DNA of 64,000 nt, taken from positions 76,949 to 140,948 of the forward strand of contig CAVURJ010000001.1 in the NCBI GenBank assembly GCA_963743885.1, in the 5' to 3' direction. The notes beneath the pieces are model-generated. The model saw only the letters and a list, made by a program, of their open reading frames with translations, was not told the DNA's origin and ran no database searches. Of the stretch, positions 39,666-48,072 are shown one piece after another. The position numbers and the translations under genes were made by a program. Origin of the DNA: Candidatus Moraniibacteriota bacterium. GTDB taxonomy: Bacteria > Patescibacteriota > Minisyncoccia > Moranbacterales > UBA1568. Positions within the stretch are counted from its first letter, which is position 1, and every line of letters starts with the position of its first letter.

Positions 39666-40673
39666 ATGGAAACAACCCCTCTCATCACCGTATCGGTCAA
39701 ACGCAGCGGACAGGACAAACGTTTTGACGCCGCCCTCTTCGCGCTGCTCGAAAAGGAGTTTCCGGGACGGTTTTCCCGATCTTCCGTCGGCAGGGTCATC
39801 CGGGAAGGCCGGGCCTTTCGCAATGGTTCCCTTGCCAAGCCGAGCACGCCCGTCTTCCAGGGTGACATCCTCTCCATCGAGGCGGATACCACATCAGAAG
39901 ACGCTCCGCTCCAGCCGAATACAGATATCCAGACCGTCATCCTCGCTGAAACAGCCGATTATATAGCCATAGACAAGCCAGCTGGCCTCCAGGTCCACCC
40001 AGGAAACCATGATACCGGCGATACGCTCGCGAACTGGATCATCGCCACCTACCCAGAAACAGCCGCTTTCGGAGAAGATCCGCTCCGGCCAGGCATCGTC
40101 CACCGGCTCGACCGCGATACGTCCGGCGTCATGATGATTGCAAAGACAGAAAAAGGCTTTGATGAGCTAAAACACGTCTTCCATGACCGCCTGGCTGAAA
40201 AGACCTATATCGCGCTCGTTTCTGGCCATCTCTCCGAACAATCAGGAACTATCGATCGGGCGCTCGGCCAACGGAGCGGCGAATTGCGCCGCCGGACGGA
40301 TGACGGGACGATTCCGAATGCCCGGCCAGCTCTCACTGATTATCGGGTCATCGCCCGCTATGCCGACTGCGACTTGGTCGCCGCTATGCCAAAAACAGGC
40401 CGCACCCACCAGATCAGAGCCCATATGGCCGCTCTCGGCCACCCCATCATCGGAGATCACCTCTACTCGAACAAGCTTTCACGGCAAAAAGATGTTCTTT
40501 CTGCTCCTCGCCATATGCTCCATGCCTGGCGCCTTTCTTTGCCTCTATTCGGCCAAAAAGTAGCTCTCGAAGCCCCATTGCCAGAGGATTTCCGAAAAGT
40601 GATGAAAAGTATTGACGAAACACGGGAGACAAGCTATGATGACGAGGCCTTAGAAAGCCTGCTTTTGTCCTGA
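39666..40673 (+). CDS. rluD: RluA-family 23S rRNA pseudouridine synthase (RluD-like, S4 domain N-terminal)
   Basis: Start METTPLITVSVKRSG; catalytic HRLDRDTSGVMMIAKT and GRTHQIRAHMAALGHPIIGD. The ORF-track N-terminal extension (from 38781) is antisense of sod/prx. Confidence 0.8.
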   Translation: METTPLITVSVKRSGQDKRFDAALFALLEKEFPGRFSRSSVGRVIREGRAFRNGSLAKPSTPVFQGDILSIEADTTSEDAPLQPNTDIQTVILAETADYIAIDKPAGLQVHPGNHDTGDTLANWIIATYPETAAFGEDPLRPGIVHRLDRDTSGVMMIAKTEKGFDELKHVFHDRLAEKTYIALVSGHLSEQSGTIDRALGQRSGELRRRTDDGTIPNARPALTDYRVIARYADCDLVAAMPKTGRTHQIRAHMAALGHPIIGDHLYSNKLSRQKDVLSAPRHMLHAWRLSLPLFGQKVALEAPLPEDFRKVMKSIDETRETSYDDEALESLLLS

Positions 40674-40728
40674 GGCTTTTCTTTTTTTCAGTTTCCAGAT
40701 AGTAGATTATCCTTTTATCAGCGAGAGT

Positions 40729-41190
40729 ATGCACCAGAAGCTCATATCGTTCAACAAGAAGCAGCGTGAACCGATCTCTGTTCCTGATATCCAGGCCGGC
40801 GACGTCGTGAAGATTCACCGCAAGATCAAAGAAGGTGGCAAGGAGCGCACCCAGGTCTTCCAGGGTACCATCATCGCTATCAAGGGTGGCCAGAGCTCTT
40901 CCAAGACCATCACGGTCCGCAAGGTCTCTTCCGGTGTCGGCGTTGAGCTCGTTCTTCCGCTCGCTTCGCAGCAGATTGAGAAGATCGAGTTCGTGAAGCG
41001 CACTCGCGCCCGCCGTGCCAAGCTCTACTTCGTCCGCACCAAGTCCGTGAAGACGCTTTCCAAGAAGCTCAAGGAAGTGGCAGTGAAGGCCGGATTGGTC
41101 GCCGCTCCGGCAGAAGAAGTGATCGAAGAGGCTCCGGTAGCTGCTGAAAAGCCAGTAGTCGAGGAAGTTGTTGAGAAGACCGAGGTCTAG
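40729..41190 (+). CDS. rplS: 50S ribosomal protein L19 with Ala/Glu/Val-rich C-terminal extension
   Basis: VKIHRKIKEGGKERTQVFQGTIIAIKGG...ITVRKVSSGVGVELVLPL. Confidence 0.85.
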   Translation: MHQKLISFNKKQREPISVPDIQAGDVVKIHRKIKEGGKERTQVFQGTIIAIKGGQSSSKTITVRKVSSGVGVELVLPLASQQIEKIEFVKRTRARRAKLYFVRTKSVKTLSKKLKEVAVKAGLVAAPAEEVIEEAPVAAEKPVVEEVVEKTEV

Positions 41191-41311
41191 TAATAGAGCC
41201 TCCCACCTGCCCACAAAGGTAGACAGACGGAATTGGTGGTGCAGAAAGCAAGAAATACGGTACAATCAGATTACGATGAGAGAAAATGTCTGAGAAGGCT
41301 CAGACACACCT

Positions 41312-41395
41312 GCCCAGGTGGCGGAATTGGTATACGCGCTAGCTTGAGGTGCTAGTTCTCGCAAGGGATTGGAGGTTCGAGTCCTCTCCTGGGCA
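41312..41395 (+). tRNA. tRNA-Leu (anticodon GAG)
   Basis: Acceptor GCCCAGG/CCTGGGC, anticodon stem CTAGC/GCTAG with loop TTGAGGT, long variable arm, T-arm GGAGGTTCGAGTCCTCT. Confidence 0.8.
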
Positions 41396-41750
41396 CAAGT
41401 GAATGAAGTGAACGCCGTGGCCAGAGTAAGCCAACTGCTTGGCTTACGAGGGAGGCGAGAAAGCCGGAGCGATATCCACGCGAGTGGACCGCGAGGCGGG
41501 GTCGACAGCTCGCATAAGCGAGACTGGTGACCGAGTCCTCTCCTAGGCACAAAATGAACAAAGTGAATGGATTGTGCCCCGGAAGCAGGCCAACTCTTGC
41601 CTACCGGCAGGCAGGGCTTGGCCTGCGGAGGACGAGAAAGCCGCAGTGCTGCGTGAGTTTCCGCCGAAGGCGGAAGGCGAGCGCCACGAGGCGGGGTCGC
41701 GAGAAATTTCCGTCAGGAAATTTACTTGTGACCGAGTCTCTCGTTTCTAC
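41396..41750 (+). repeat. Two tandem roughly 165-190-bp related units, each ending in a copy of the tRNA-Leu(GAG) 3' end (…cgagtcctctcctaggcaca; …gtgaccgagtctctcg)
   Basis: Unit A 41396..41560 and unit B 41561..41750 share blocks (aagccaactgcttggctt / caggccaa...ttggcctg hairpins; gaggcgagaaagccggagcg / gaggacgagaaagccgcagtg; cgaggcggggtcg). Unit B contains ttgcctaccggcaggcagg. Confidence 0.7.
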
Positions 41751-41824
41751 GCACGCTTAGCTCAGTTGGTTAGAGCACCTCGTTTACACCGAGGGGGTCC
41801 AAGGTTCGAATCCTTGAGCGTGCA
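41751..41824 (+). tRNA. tRNA-Val (anticodon TAC)
   Basis: GCACGCT acceptor, anticodon stem-loop CCTCG TTTACAC CGAGG, T-arm GGTTCGAATCC. Confidence 0.85.
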
Positions 41825-41842
41825 CAGTACCTATAAAATATG

Positions 41843-42160
41843 CCGAGGTAGCTCAGTGGTAGAGCAGAGGACTGATTTTCGGTCACTCCTGTAGTAATAC
41901 AGGATGTATGCATCGGGTGAACTCGAGGAAACCTACGTTTCTAGCAATAGGAATATGGCAATCTCGATCCAAGCCTCAGTGGGATAAAGTTCTGAGGAAG
42001 GTGTAGAGACTAGCAGGTGAGCCCCAACAATAATCCTGCAACAGCGCCCGACTTCGCACTCCTTTCGAGGAACGAAGATGAAATAGTCCGATCCTTGGGG
42101 AAACCCAAGACAAATAAGAGGAAAATCCTTGTGTCGGCAGTTCAATCCTGCCCCTCGGCA
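41843..42160 (+). tRNA. tRNA-Phe (anticodon GAA) interrupted by a 246-nt group I intron in the anticodon loop
   Basis: 5' exon 41843..41874 (GCCGAGG acceptor, D-arm, GAGGA-CT) and 3' exon 42121..42160 (GAAAATCCTT...GGCAGTTCAATCCTGCC CCTCGGC A). The acceptor stem is perfectly complementary across 300 nt. The spliced loop reads CTGAAAA. Confidence 0.7.
41875..42120 (+). mobile_element. Group I intron in tRNA-Phe
   Basis: Internal guide GGTC pairs with exon GACU with a U.G at the splice site. P7-forming R/S-like elements are gtagagactagcagg and agatgaaatagtccgatcc. The intron ends in G (omega-G) at 42120. Confidence 0.6.
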
Positions 42161-42228
42161 CAGAAGACAGTTAGCAGTTAACAAATAGCAGACAACGGGA
42201 CTGTAGCTCAGTGGTAGAGCGCGCGGCT

Positions 42229-42848
42229 CAAGAAGTTCATTTCAAATTGTGTTGCGGGTTGTGTAATTCAGCATGACAATTGTTGCAAACAAGCAGACAC
42301 TTGTTCACTTCTTCGTCAATATGGGATTGCTTCCGATTTGAAAGGGATCTCATATCGAGTTGAAAGCTTTTTTCTTTCGGATCAAGGTGATGGAAAGTCA
42401 GTGCGGCAAGGTTTTTGTTATAGCCGCAAACTGAACATTTCCCACCGAATCGTTTCAAAAGCGACATCTTTCTCTCCAAGCCCCTGGCTTGTTGGGATTG
42501 ATACGATTGATGAAGCTGATTCTTACAAAAGGGCGAGCAAAAGACTGTTTGTCTGCCAGACAATTCCTTGCTACACACGACACAAGTTATGAGTTTTTTC
42601 ATAACTTTATGATAACACAAAATGAATGGATCTAGCAGGGCTGCTTAGGAAGTAATTCCTAAGTGATACTCTGTCAAACTCGGGGAAATCTAAACGGTGA
42701 GCAGTTTCATCCGCATGACAATCCCGAGCCAAGCCTCATCCATCAGGTGAGGAAGGTGTAGAGACTAGACGGCAGACACCCGTAATTCGGGTGAAGGGAT
42801 AGTCCAGCTCACAAATTTGAAAGAAGTTGCGAAAGCAATAGTGAGAAG
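42229..42848 (+). mobile_element. Group I intron in tRNA(CAT) carrying an antisense HNH endonuclease ORF
   Basis: The 3' part (ccaagcctcatccatcaggtgaggaaggtgtagagactagacgg ... gggatagtccagctcac) is homologous to the tRNA-Phe intron core. The intron ends with G at 42848. The ORF 42237..42620 lies on the opposite strand. Confidence 0.6.
42237..42620 (-). CDS. HNH homing endonuclease (intron-encoded, antisense to host tRNA)
   Basis: 127 aa; CSVCGYNKNLAALTFHHLDPKEKSF ... LLVCNNCHAELHN is a classic HNH/zinc-finger motif. Low GC. Confidence 0.7.
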   Translation of the reverse strand: MCYHKVMKKLITCVVCSKELSGRQTVFCSPFCKNQLHQSYQSQQARGLERKMSLLKRFGGKCSVCGYNKNLAALTFHHLDPKEKSFQLDMRSLSNRKQSHIDEEVNKCLLVCNNCHAELHNPQHNLK

Positions 42849-42947
42849 CATAACCGCTTGGTCGTTGGTCCGATTCCAACCAGTCCCACAAAAACCCCTC
42901 CCCCATTGACCTGGGCGGGTTTTTTTGCCAAAATGTCCTAGTGAGCT

Positions 42948-43022
42948 GCGGGTATCGTATAGCGGCTATTATGTGACCTTGCCAAGGTCAAGATACGGGT
43001 TCGACTCCCGTTACCCGCTCCA
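42948..43022 (+). tRNA. tRNA-Gly (anticodon GCC), CCA encoded
   Basis: GCGGGTA acceptor, anticodon stem-loop TGACC TTGCCAA GGTCA, T-arm ACGGGTTCGACTCCCGT, 3' TACCCGC T CCA. Confidence 0.85.
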
Positions 43023-43067
43023 GTAAAGTAAAAGGAATGACCTCGCGTTATTCCTTTTTACTTTTTT
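43023..43067 (+). terminator. Intrinsic terminator after tRNA-Gly
   Basis: agtaaaaggaatgacctcgcgttattccttttact plus TTTTT. Confidence 0.6.
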
Positions 43068-43157
43068 AGTGGTAACGGGAGGAGAAGGGCGCGAGTCGGA
43101 AGCGAGCGAGCGCAGCTTCCTGTGTGTAGCGCCCAGGCTTTTTGTCAGAGCAAAAAG

Positions 43158-43177
43158 GACTCCCGTTACCCGCTCCA
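43158..43177 (+). repeat. 20-nt perfect direct repeat of the tRNA-Gly 3' end (gactcccgttacccgctcca), 155 bp downstream of the tRNA
   Basis: Identical to 43003..43022. The intervening 135 bp contains a terminator hairpin and ggtaacgggag...ctcccgttacc inverted repeats. Confidence 0.8.
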
Positions 43178-43233
43178 AGCAACAAAAACAACCTCTGGAG
43201 AGGTTGTTTTTGTTTTTCTGCTACACTATATAT

Positions 43234-43860
43234 ATGTTCAATCTCTCACCAGAGGAGCTCAAGATCCTCAAACCCCTCTCGACGCCACAGAAGATCCAGG
43301 ACTTCCTGGATGCTTTGCCGAGCAACCTCTCCCGCTATAGCGACTCCTGCTCTTCTCCGCGCATGGCACTCCGGCACGGCCGCGCCCACTGTATTGAAGG
43401 CGCCTTCATTGCAGCTACCGCGCTGTGGCTCCATGGCGAGCGTCCGCTCCTCCTCGACCTCAAAGCGAAGCGACCGGACTTCGACCATGTCGTCGCCCTC
43501 TTCAAGCAAAACGGCTACTGGGGCGCCATCAGCAAATCCAACCACCCTGTCCTCCGCTATCGTGATCCTATCTACCGGACCGTCCGCGAGCTTGCTCTCT
43601 CCTATTTCCACGAGTACGTATTCGTGAAAACAGGAGAAAAGACTCTGGAGAGCTATTCTCGGCCTTTCTCGCTCAAGAGATTCGGCACTGCCTGGATGAC
43701 CTCCGAACGCCACCTCTGGGATATCGCTCAAGCCCTCGATGACTCCCCTCACTCTCCCCTGGTTCCGGAGAGCCAAAAACGCCTCATCCGCACCGCTTCG
43801 ACCATAGAAAAACAAGCCGGGGCACTGACCGAATGGGATCGAAGCGATCCGAGGACATAA
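43234..43860 (+). CDS. Hypothetical protein with papain-like Cys/His arrangement
   Basis: Start MFNLSPEELKIL at 43234; GRAHCIEGAFIAATALWLHG (candidate nucleophile Cys) and FDHVVALF...GYWGAISKSNH (candidate His). Family not identified. Confidence 0.3.
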   Translation: MFNLSPEELKILKPLSTPQKIQDFLDALPSNLSRYSDSCSSPRMALRHGRAHCIEGAFIAATALWLHGERPLLLDLKAKRPDFDHVVALFKQNGYWGAISKSNHPVLRYRDPIYRTVRELALSYFHEYVFVKTGEKTLESYSRPFSLKRFGTAWMTSERHLWDIAQALDDSPHSPLVPESQKRLIRTASTIEKQAGALTEWDRSDPRT

Positions 43861-44113
43861 TCCACACAATCACTGTATTGCTCGTGTATAAGTTACTAAA
43901 TGTCTTAAAATAAGCCATTTTTTATTTAACAACTCATATACGCCTGTTTTTGGCTCAAACAAGCACCTTATATCTTAATATTTGCTTCAAATAAGCCAAA
44001 TACTTACATTTTACCATTGACGGATTTCTTATTTTGTGCTAACATAGGCGGTTGGCTGAAAAGCCAGCCCGTACCCCTTCCGAGGGACTGCGGCTTATAC
44101 GTAAGGGCAACCT

Positions 44114-44683
44114 ATGCGTTTTCAGAAGGACCTCCTTCTTATCAGACTCGTCATCGGACTGGTTTTCCTCAATATAGACATCACCGACGCGAACGCTATG
44201 GCGTTCCACACCGAGCTTCCGCTCGCGACTACCGTCAAGACAGCCTACGACTTCAAAAACGACCCTTTCCTCATCGATTGGACCTTCCGTACGGAAGACA
44301 CCGAGCAGGCTATCGAGCCCGCCCAGATGAGCAAAGAGGACAAGCTCCTCGCCCACTGGAAGGAAAAGCAGGCCCATCTCTGGACTGCCCTTCCGGAAGG
44401 ACAGTTCACTATCAACGCCTCTGCCTATACGGCCGCGGCTGATGAGTGTGGTAAAAGCGACGGAGTCACCGCTTCCGGCATCAAAGTGACCGAGAAACGC
44501 ACCCTCGCCTGCCCGCCCAACTTCCCATTCGGTACCAAAATCGCCATCGAGGGTATGGGCGAATTCCGTTGCGAAGACCGCGGCGGCGCCATCAAAGGCA
44601 ACAAGATCGACATCTACATGGAGACCAAGAAAGAGGCTTTCTCCTTCGGTCGCCGCAACCTCATCGCCCAGGTCGTGAAGTAA
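44114..44683 (+). CDS. 3D-domain (MltA/RlpA-like lytic transglycosylase fold) secreted protein
   Basis: 189 aa with an N-terminal signal; C-terminal 3D domain GKSDGVTASGIKVTEKRTLACPPNFPFGTKIAIEGMGEFRCEDRGGAIKGNKIDIYM with the three conserved Asp. Confidence 0.6.
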   Translation: MRFQKDLLLIRLVIGLVFLNIDITDANAMAFHTELPLATTVKTAYDFKNDPFLIDWTFRTEDTEQAIEPAQMSKEDKLLAHWKEKQAHLWTALPEGQFTINASAYTAAADECGKSDGVTASGIKVTEKRTLACPPNFPFGTKIAIEGMGEFRCEDRGGAIKGNKIDIYMETKKEAFSFGRRNLIAQVVK

Positions 44684-44696
44684 TACTGCCTGATCA

Positions 44697-44745
44697 GAAA
44701 AGCGCCCCATCCGCCAGCCGGCGGAGGGCGCTTTTTGATTTCATA
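44697..44745 (+). terminator. Intrinsic terminator
   Basis: aaaagcgcccc...gggcgcttttt hairpin followed by a T-run. Confidence 0.55.
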
Positions 44746-44806
44746 ACCCATTGCGAATCATTGCGAATTATCCTAAAATTGCAGTATAGGACATAACCTC
44801 TTTTAT

Positions 44807-45514
44807 ATGGGAATAAAATACAAAGTAAACGAGGACTTCTTCAAAAAATGGTCCCAGGAAATGGCTTATACGCTCGGATATATCTACGCCGACGGCAGCC
44901 TCGAGTACGCCCCTCGCCTCCGAGGAAGATACCTCCGCGTCTCTAGTGTGGAAAAAAGAAATATCGAGAAGATAAAAGAATGGATGGATTCAGAACATAC
45001 AATAATCACCAAGAAGCCAACGTCAAAGAACGGAAAGACTGGGTACTTGCTACGAATCGGGAGTCATAAGATCTATAACGATCTAACGAAACTGGGATTG
45101 TATCCAAATAAATCATTGACCGTGAAATTTCCCTCTATTCCTAAAGAATCTCTCTGCCACTTCGTTCGCGGATATTTCGATGGTGATGGCTGCGTCAGAC
45201 TATCGACAGCAAAGGGAGTCTTTCAGAAGCTCAGCACTGTATTTACAAGCGGAAGCAAAGCATTTTTACAAGATCTGGCTATCCAATTACACTCTGCCGC
45301 CAACACAAAACAGCTGAGTGTCTACAATGGCCATCGGTCTTATATGCTTTCCTATTCGACAAGTGATAGTATTAGGCTTTTTAAGTTTTTTTATGGAAAA
45401 GCGAAGATTCCTATCTTTTTGGAAAGAAAGGCCGCAATTTACGGCGAGTATTTCCAGCTGAAGCCAGAAAGGCTTGATAAAAAGGCAAAAAGTGTACTAC
45501 AATGCTTAAGTTAA
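44807..45514 (+). CDS. Free-standing LAGLIDADG homing endonuclease (two-motif, monomeric type)
   Basis: 235 aa; motif 1 MAYTLGYIYADGSLEY and motif 2 FVRGYFDGDGCVRLS about 110 aa apart. Low-GC, between a terminator and tRNA-Cys. Confidence 0.75.
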   Translation: MGIKYKVNEDFFKKWSQEMAYTLGYIYADGSLEYAPRLRGRYLRVSSVEKRNIEKIKEWMDSEHTIITKKPTSKNGKTGYLLRIGSHKIYNDLTKLGLYPNKSLTVKFPSIPKESLCHFVRGYFDGDGCVRLSTAKGVFQKLSTVFTSGSKAFLQDLAIQLHSAANTKQLSVYNGHRSYMLSYSTSDSIRLFKFFYGKAKIPIFLERKAAIYGEYFQLKPERLDKKAKSVLQCLS

Positions 45515-45524
45515 CATAGGTATT

Positions 45525-45595
45525 GGTCCGATGGCCGAGTGGTTAGGCAAAGCTCTGCAAAAGCTTTTACAGCGGTTCAATTCCGCTTCGGACCT
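45525..45595 (+). tRNA. tRNA-Cys (anticodon GCA)
   Basis: GGTCCGA/TCGGACC acceptor, anticodon stem-loop AAGCT CTGCAAA AGCTT, T-arm AGCGGTTCAATTCCGCT. Confidence 0.8.
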
Positions 45596-45604
45596 CAAGT
45601 ATTC

Positions 45605-45688
45605 TCAAAAAATAGGGTCAGTGGTGGAACTGGCATACACGCGACACTTAAAATGTTGTGCCTGTAAAGGCTTGTGGGTTCGAGTCCC
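45605..45688 (+). tRNA. tRNA-Leu (anticodon TAA)
   Basis: GGGTCAG/CTGACCC acceptor, anticodon loop CTTAAAA, long variable arm, T-arm GGGTTCGAGTCCCAC. Confidence 0.8.
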
Positions 45689-45722
45689 ACCTGACCCACA
45701 AAAAAACCGGGTTCATGCCCGG
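45689..45722. terminator. Bidirectional terminator hairpin (serves the tRNA operon on plus and udg on minus)
   Basis: aaaaaaaccgggttcatgcccggttttcgtttttc. Confidence 0.55.
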
Positions 45723-46348
45723 TTTTCGTTTTTCTTCTTGATCTTCGCGATCACTCCAGGGATCTTCTTAAAATCCTCGATGAGCGTCTGACGCAATCCG
45801 CCATTGTAGAGTGCGGCCGCCGGATGGTAGAGCACGAAAAACATCTGCTCGCCGATATCATCAAATGTCCGACGGAATACCTGTCCGTGTACTTCGGAAA
45901 TCTTCTCGCCCGGGACGAAGTGCTCCATCGCATGCCGGCCGAGTGTCACGATGACTTTCGGACGGATGACAGCGATTTGCTCATGGAGCCAGGGCATGCA
46001 CGCCGCTATCTCTTCCGGCAGCGGATCACGATTCTCCGGCGGACGATACTTCACGACATTGGTTATATAGATATCCTCGCGCTTAAGGTTGATCGTCACC
46101 AACATCTCAGAAAGAAATTTTCCTGCTGCTCCGATGAACGGCCTCCCCTCTTCGTCTTCTTTTTTTCCTGGCGCCTCACCGACGAACATGATCTCTGCTT
46201 CCGCGCTGCCATCACCCGGCACCGCCTGCGTGCACTGCTCGCGAAGCGCACACACGCACTCGCGCACCCACTTCTCATTCACAGCATCAAGCGCCTGTTG
46301 CTTATCCATATCAGACACATTATGAATCGAGCTCAGGATTTCCGGCAA
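45713..46348 (-). CDS. udg: Uracil-DNA glycosylase, family 4
   Basis: FVGEAPGKKEDEEGRPFIGAAGKFL and HPAAALYNG motifs. The ORF-track start overlaps repeat copy C; the true start may be the internal MDKQQ. Confidence 0.8.
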   Translation of the reverse strand: MPEILSSIHNVSDMDKQQALDAVNEKWVRECVCALREQCTQAVPGDGSAEAEIMFVGEAPGKKEDEEGRPFIGAAGKFLSEMLVTINLKREDIYITNVVKYRPPENRDPLPEEIAACMPWLHEQIAVIRPKVIVTLGRHAMEHFVPGEKISEVHGQVFRRTFDDIGEQMFFVLYHPAAALYNGGLRQTLIEDFKKIPGVIAKIKKKNENRA

Positions 46349-46497
46349 GATGTCTTTTTAAGAAAAAGAAATTGTCTGAGACGCTCTTGTTTCTCGAAAG
46401 ATTTCCTTTGGCCGTAGAGAGGGAGGGAAATGTTTCGTAAGAAACAAGAGCGGTGAGTTTTTCTTTTTCTTCAAAAAGAGTTTCTTGCTGGGAATCC
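46336..46497 (+). repeat. Palindromic intergenic repeat, copy C
   Basis: ggatttccggcaagatgtctttttaagaaaaagaaattgtctgagacgctcttgtttctcgaaag ... gtttcgtaagaaacaagagcggtgagtttttctttttcttcaaaaagagtttcttgctgggaatcc. Confidence 0.8.
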
Positions 46498-46517
46498 AAA
46501 CGTCACCCATCCAAATT

Positions 46518-47495
46518 TTATGCGATAGCGAACCCCCGCTCCGTCTCTATGATACTACCAGGAATCTCAAAGCCACTCGCGAGACGATGTCCGCCGCCAC
46601 CAAACTGCGCTGCAATCGCCGACACATCCACACCGTGCTGCTCCATCGAACGCAAGCTCGCGCGCACGATGCCCCCATCACGTTCCGAGAGCACCATCGC
46701 GAACTTCGCATCCGGCACCGCCGAGAGAATAGACGCGACCTGATAGATATCATCCACCGATGCCTGGGCATCCTCGACATCCCTCTTTGTCACCGCCGTC
46801 ACAAGCATACCATTCTCCGGATTGAGCTTCGCCTTCTCAAATGCCTTCCCCCACAACTTGAGGGCTGCGATATTCTGATGTGCGAAAATCGTCTGCGAAA
46901 TCTTGGTGAGCGGCGCGCCGCGTTTCATGAGATCCGATGCGATCTCCATCACGCGCGGCGACAGACTCCCATGCTGGAAGCCGCCGGTATCGAAGATGAT
47001 CCCCATGAGGAGCTTCGTCGCCATCGACTTCGAGATGTTCGCATCGACTGAACGAAGGAAAAGATAGACGAGTTCGGAGCTCGACGAGTACGCGGTATCG
47101 ATCACGATCACATCACCGCGCACCGATATGTCGGGATGATGATCGATGAGCACAATCGCCTGATCCTCAGAGAATCGTCCGACGATCGTATCAAATCCCC
47201 TATCGACACTATCGCATGCGATCACGGCATCGTAGCTCGCGAGATCGAGCTGGTCAGGATGAAAGAATGTTTCCTTCGCAAGCGATGAGATCACATCCGG
47301 AAACGGATCAAGACAGGCGACATCAGCATGTTTGCCACTCAACCGAATATATTCCGCCAGCGCAGTATTCGATCCGACCGCATCAGGGTCTGGCCGATTA
47401 TGCGCCACAAGGAGTACGCGCTCGGATTTCGAGATGATGTATTCAATGGTGCGAAACTCTTTCTCGAAACTCTGCATACGTATCGGATACTTCAA
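46518..47495 (-). CDS. nrnA: DHH-family phosphoesterase (NrnA-like oligoribonuclease / pAp phosphatase)
   Basis: 325 aa; VAHNRPDPDAVGS (DHH motif I), DHHP, and C-terminal DHHA1 GGGGH. Confidence 0.75.
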   Translation of the reverse strand: MKYPIRMQSFEKEFRTIEYIISKSERVLLVAHNRPDPDAVGSNTALAEYIRLSGKHADVACLDPFPDVISSLAKETFFHPDQLDLASYDAVIACDSVDRGFDTIVGRFSEDQAIVLIDHHPDISVRGDVIVIDTAYSSSSELVYLFLRSVDANISKSMATKLLMGIIFDTGGFQHGSLSPRVMEIASDLMKRGAPLTKISQTIFAHQNIAALKLWGKAFEKAKLNPENGMLVTAVTKRDVEDAQASVDDIYQVASILSAVPDAKFAMVLSERDGGIVRASLRSMEQHGVDVSAIAAQFGGGGHRLASGFEIPGSIIETERGFAIA

Positions 47496-47827
47496 AATAT
47501 TTCTTTGAGAAGCTTCTCGACTTTATCAGCCTCTTCTTCGGTCCGATCGATCTCAAAAGAGAGCTTTGGCATCGGCCGCATGTAGAGCTTACTGTAAAGC
47601 TTCCTCTGGATTCCAGGAAGTTCCTTCTTGAGCGTCTCAGTAACATAGTGGATTTCTGTCTCAGGGAAAACACTGACGAACATACGAGTGTAGCGGAGAT
47701 CCTTCGATGTGTCAACCTTCGCGATCGTCGCAAAGACGCCCGGCTTGAAGGAAAGCTCCTTTTCCATGATTTCCGCCAGATGTTTGCGGATCAGCTCATT
47801 GACCTTGGTGACGCGGAGTGATGACAT
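47492..47827 (-). CDS. rbfA: Ribosome-binding factor A
   Basis: 111 aa; RVTKVNELIRKHLAEIM and KH-like fold motifs. Confidence 0.8.
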   Translation of the reverse strand: MSSLRVTKVNELIRKHLAEIMEKELSFKPGVFATIAKVDTSKDLRYTRMFVSVFPETEIHYVTETLKKELPGIQRKLYSKLYMRPMPKLSFEIDRTEEEADKVEKLLKEIF

Positions 47828-48055
47828 ATATGTGGATAACAGTGTACAAACGTCTTTTTTGGCTTATATTGTGCCCTCGAGAGGAATCGGACCTCTATTT
47901 ACTCGTTAGGAGTGAGTCGTTCTATCCATTGAACTACAAGGGCGAAGACGCATACTACCACGTCTCATTCATCTTATCAATGCTTACGTGTTAAGTAAAA
48001 CAAAAAATCCCCAAATAAGGAGATTTTCGCGACAACGCCTGATTTTCCGAAAACA

Positions 48056-48072
48056 GTGTGGACCATGCCGGA
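48056..48072 (-). repeat. 17-nt direct repeat of the tRNA-Ala 3' end (gtgtggaccatgccgga), 220 bp 3' of the tRNA
   Basis: Identical to 48292..48308. The intervening segment carries cctgcctaccggcaggcagg. Confidence 0.75.

Larger units (their letters stand above)
42197..42888 (+). tRNA. tRNA with anticodon CAT (elongator Met or Ile2) interrupted by a 620-nt group I intron
   Basis: 5' exon 42197..42228 (GGGACTG acceptor, GCTCAGTGGTAGAGC D-arm, CGCGG-CT). 3' exon 42849..42888 (CATAA CCGCT ... GTTGGTCCGATTCCAAC CAGTCCC A). The acceptor stem is complementary across 690 nt; G1-C72, so not an initiator. Confidence 0.65.
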
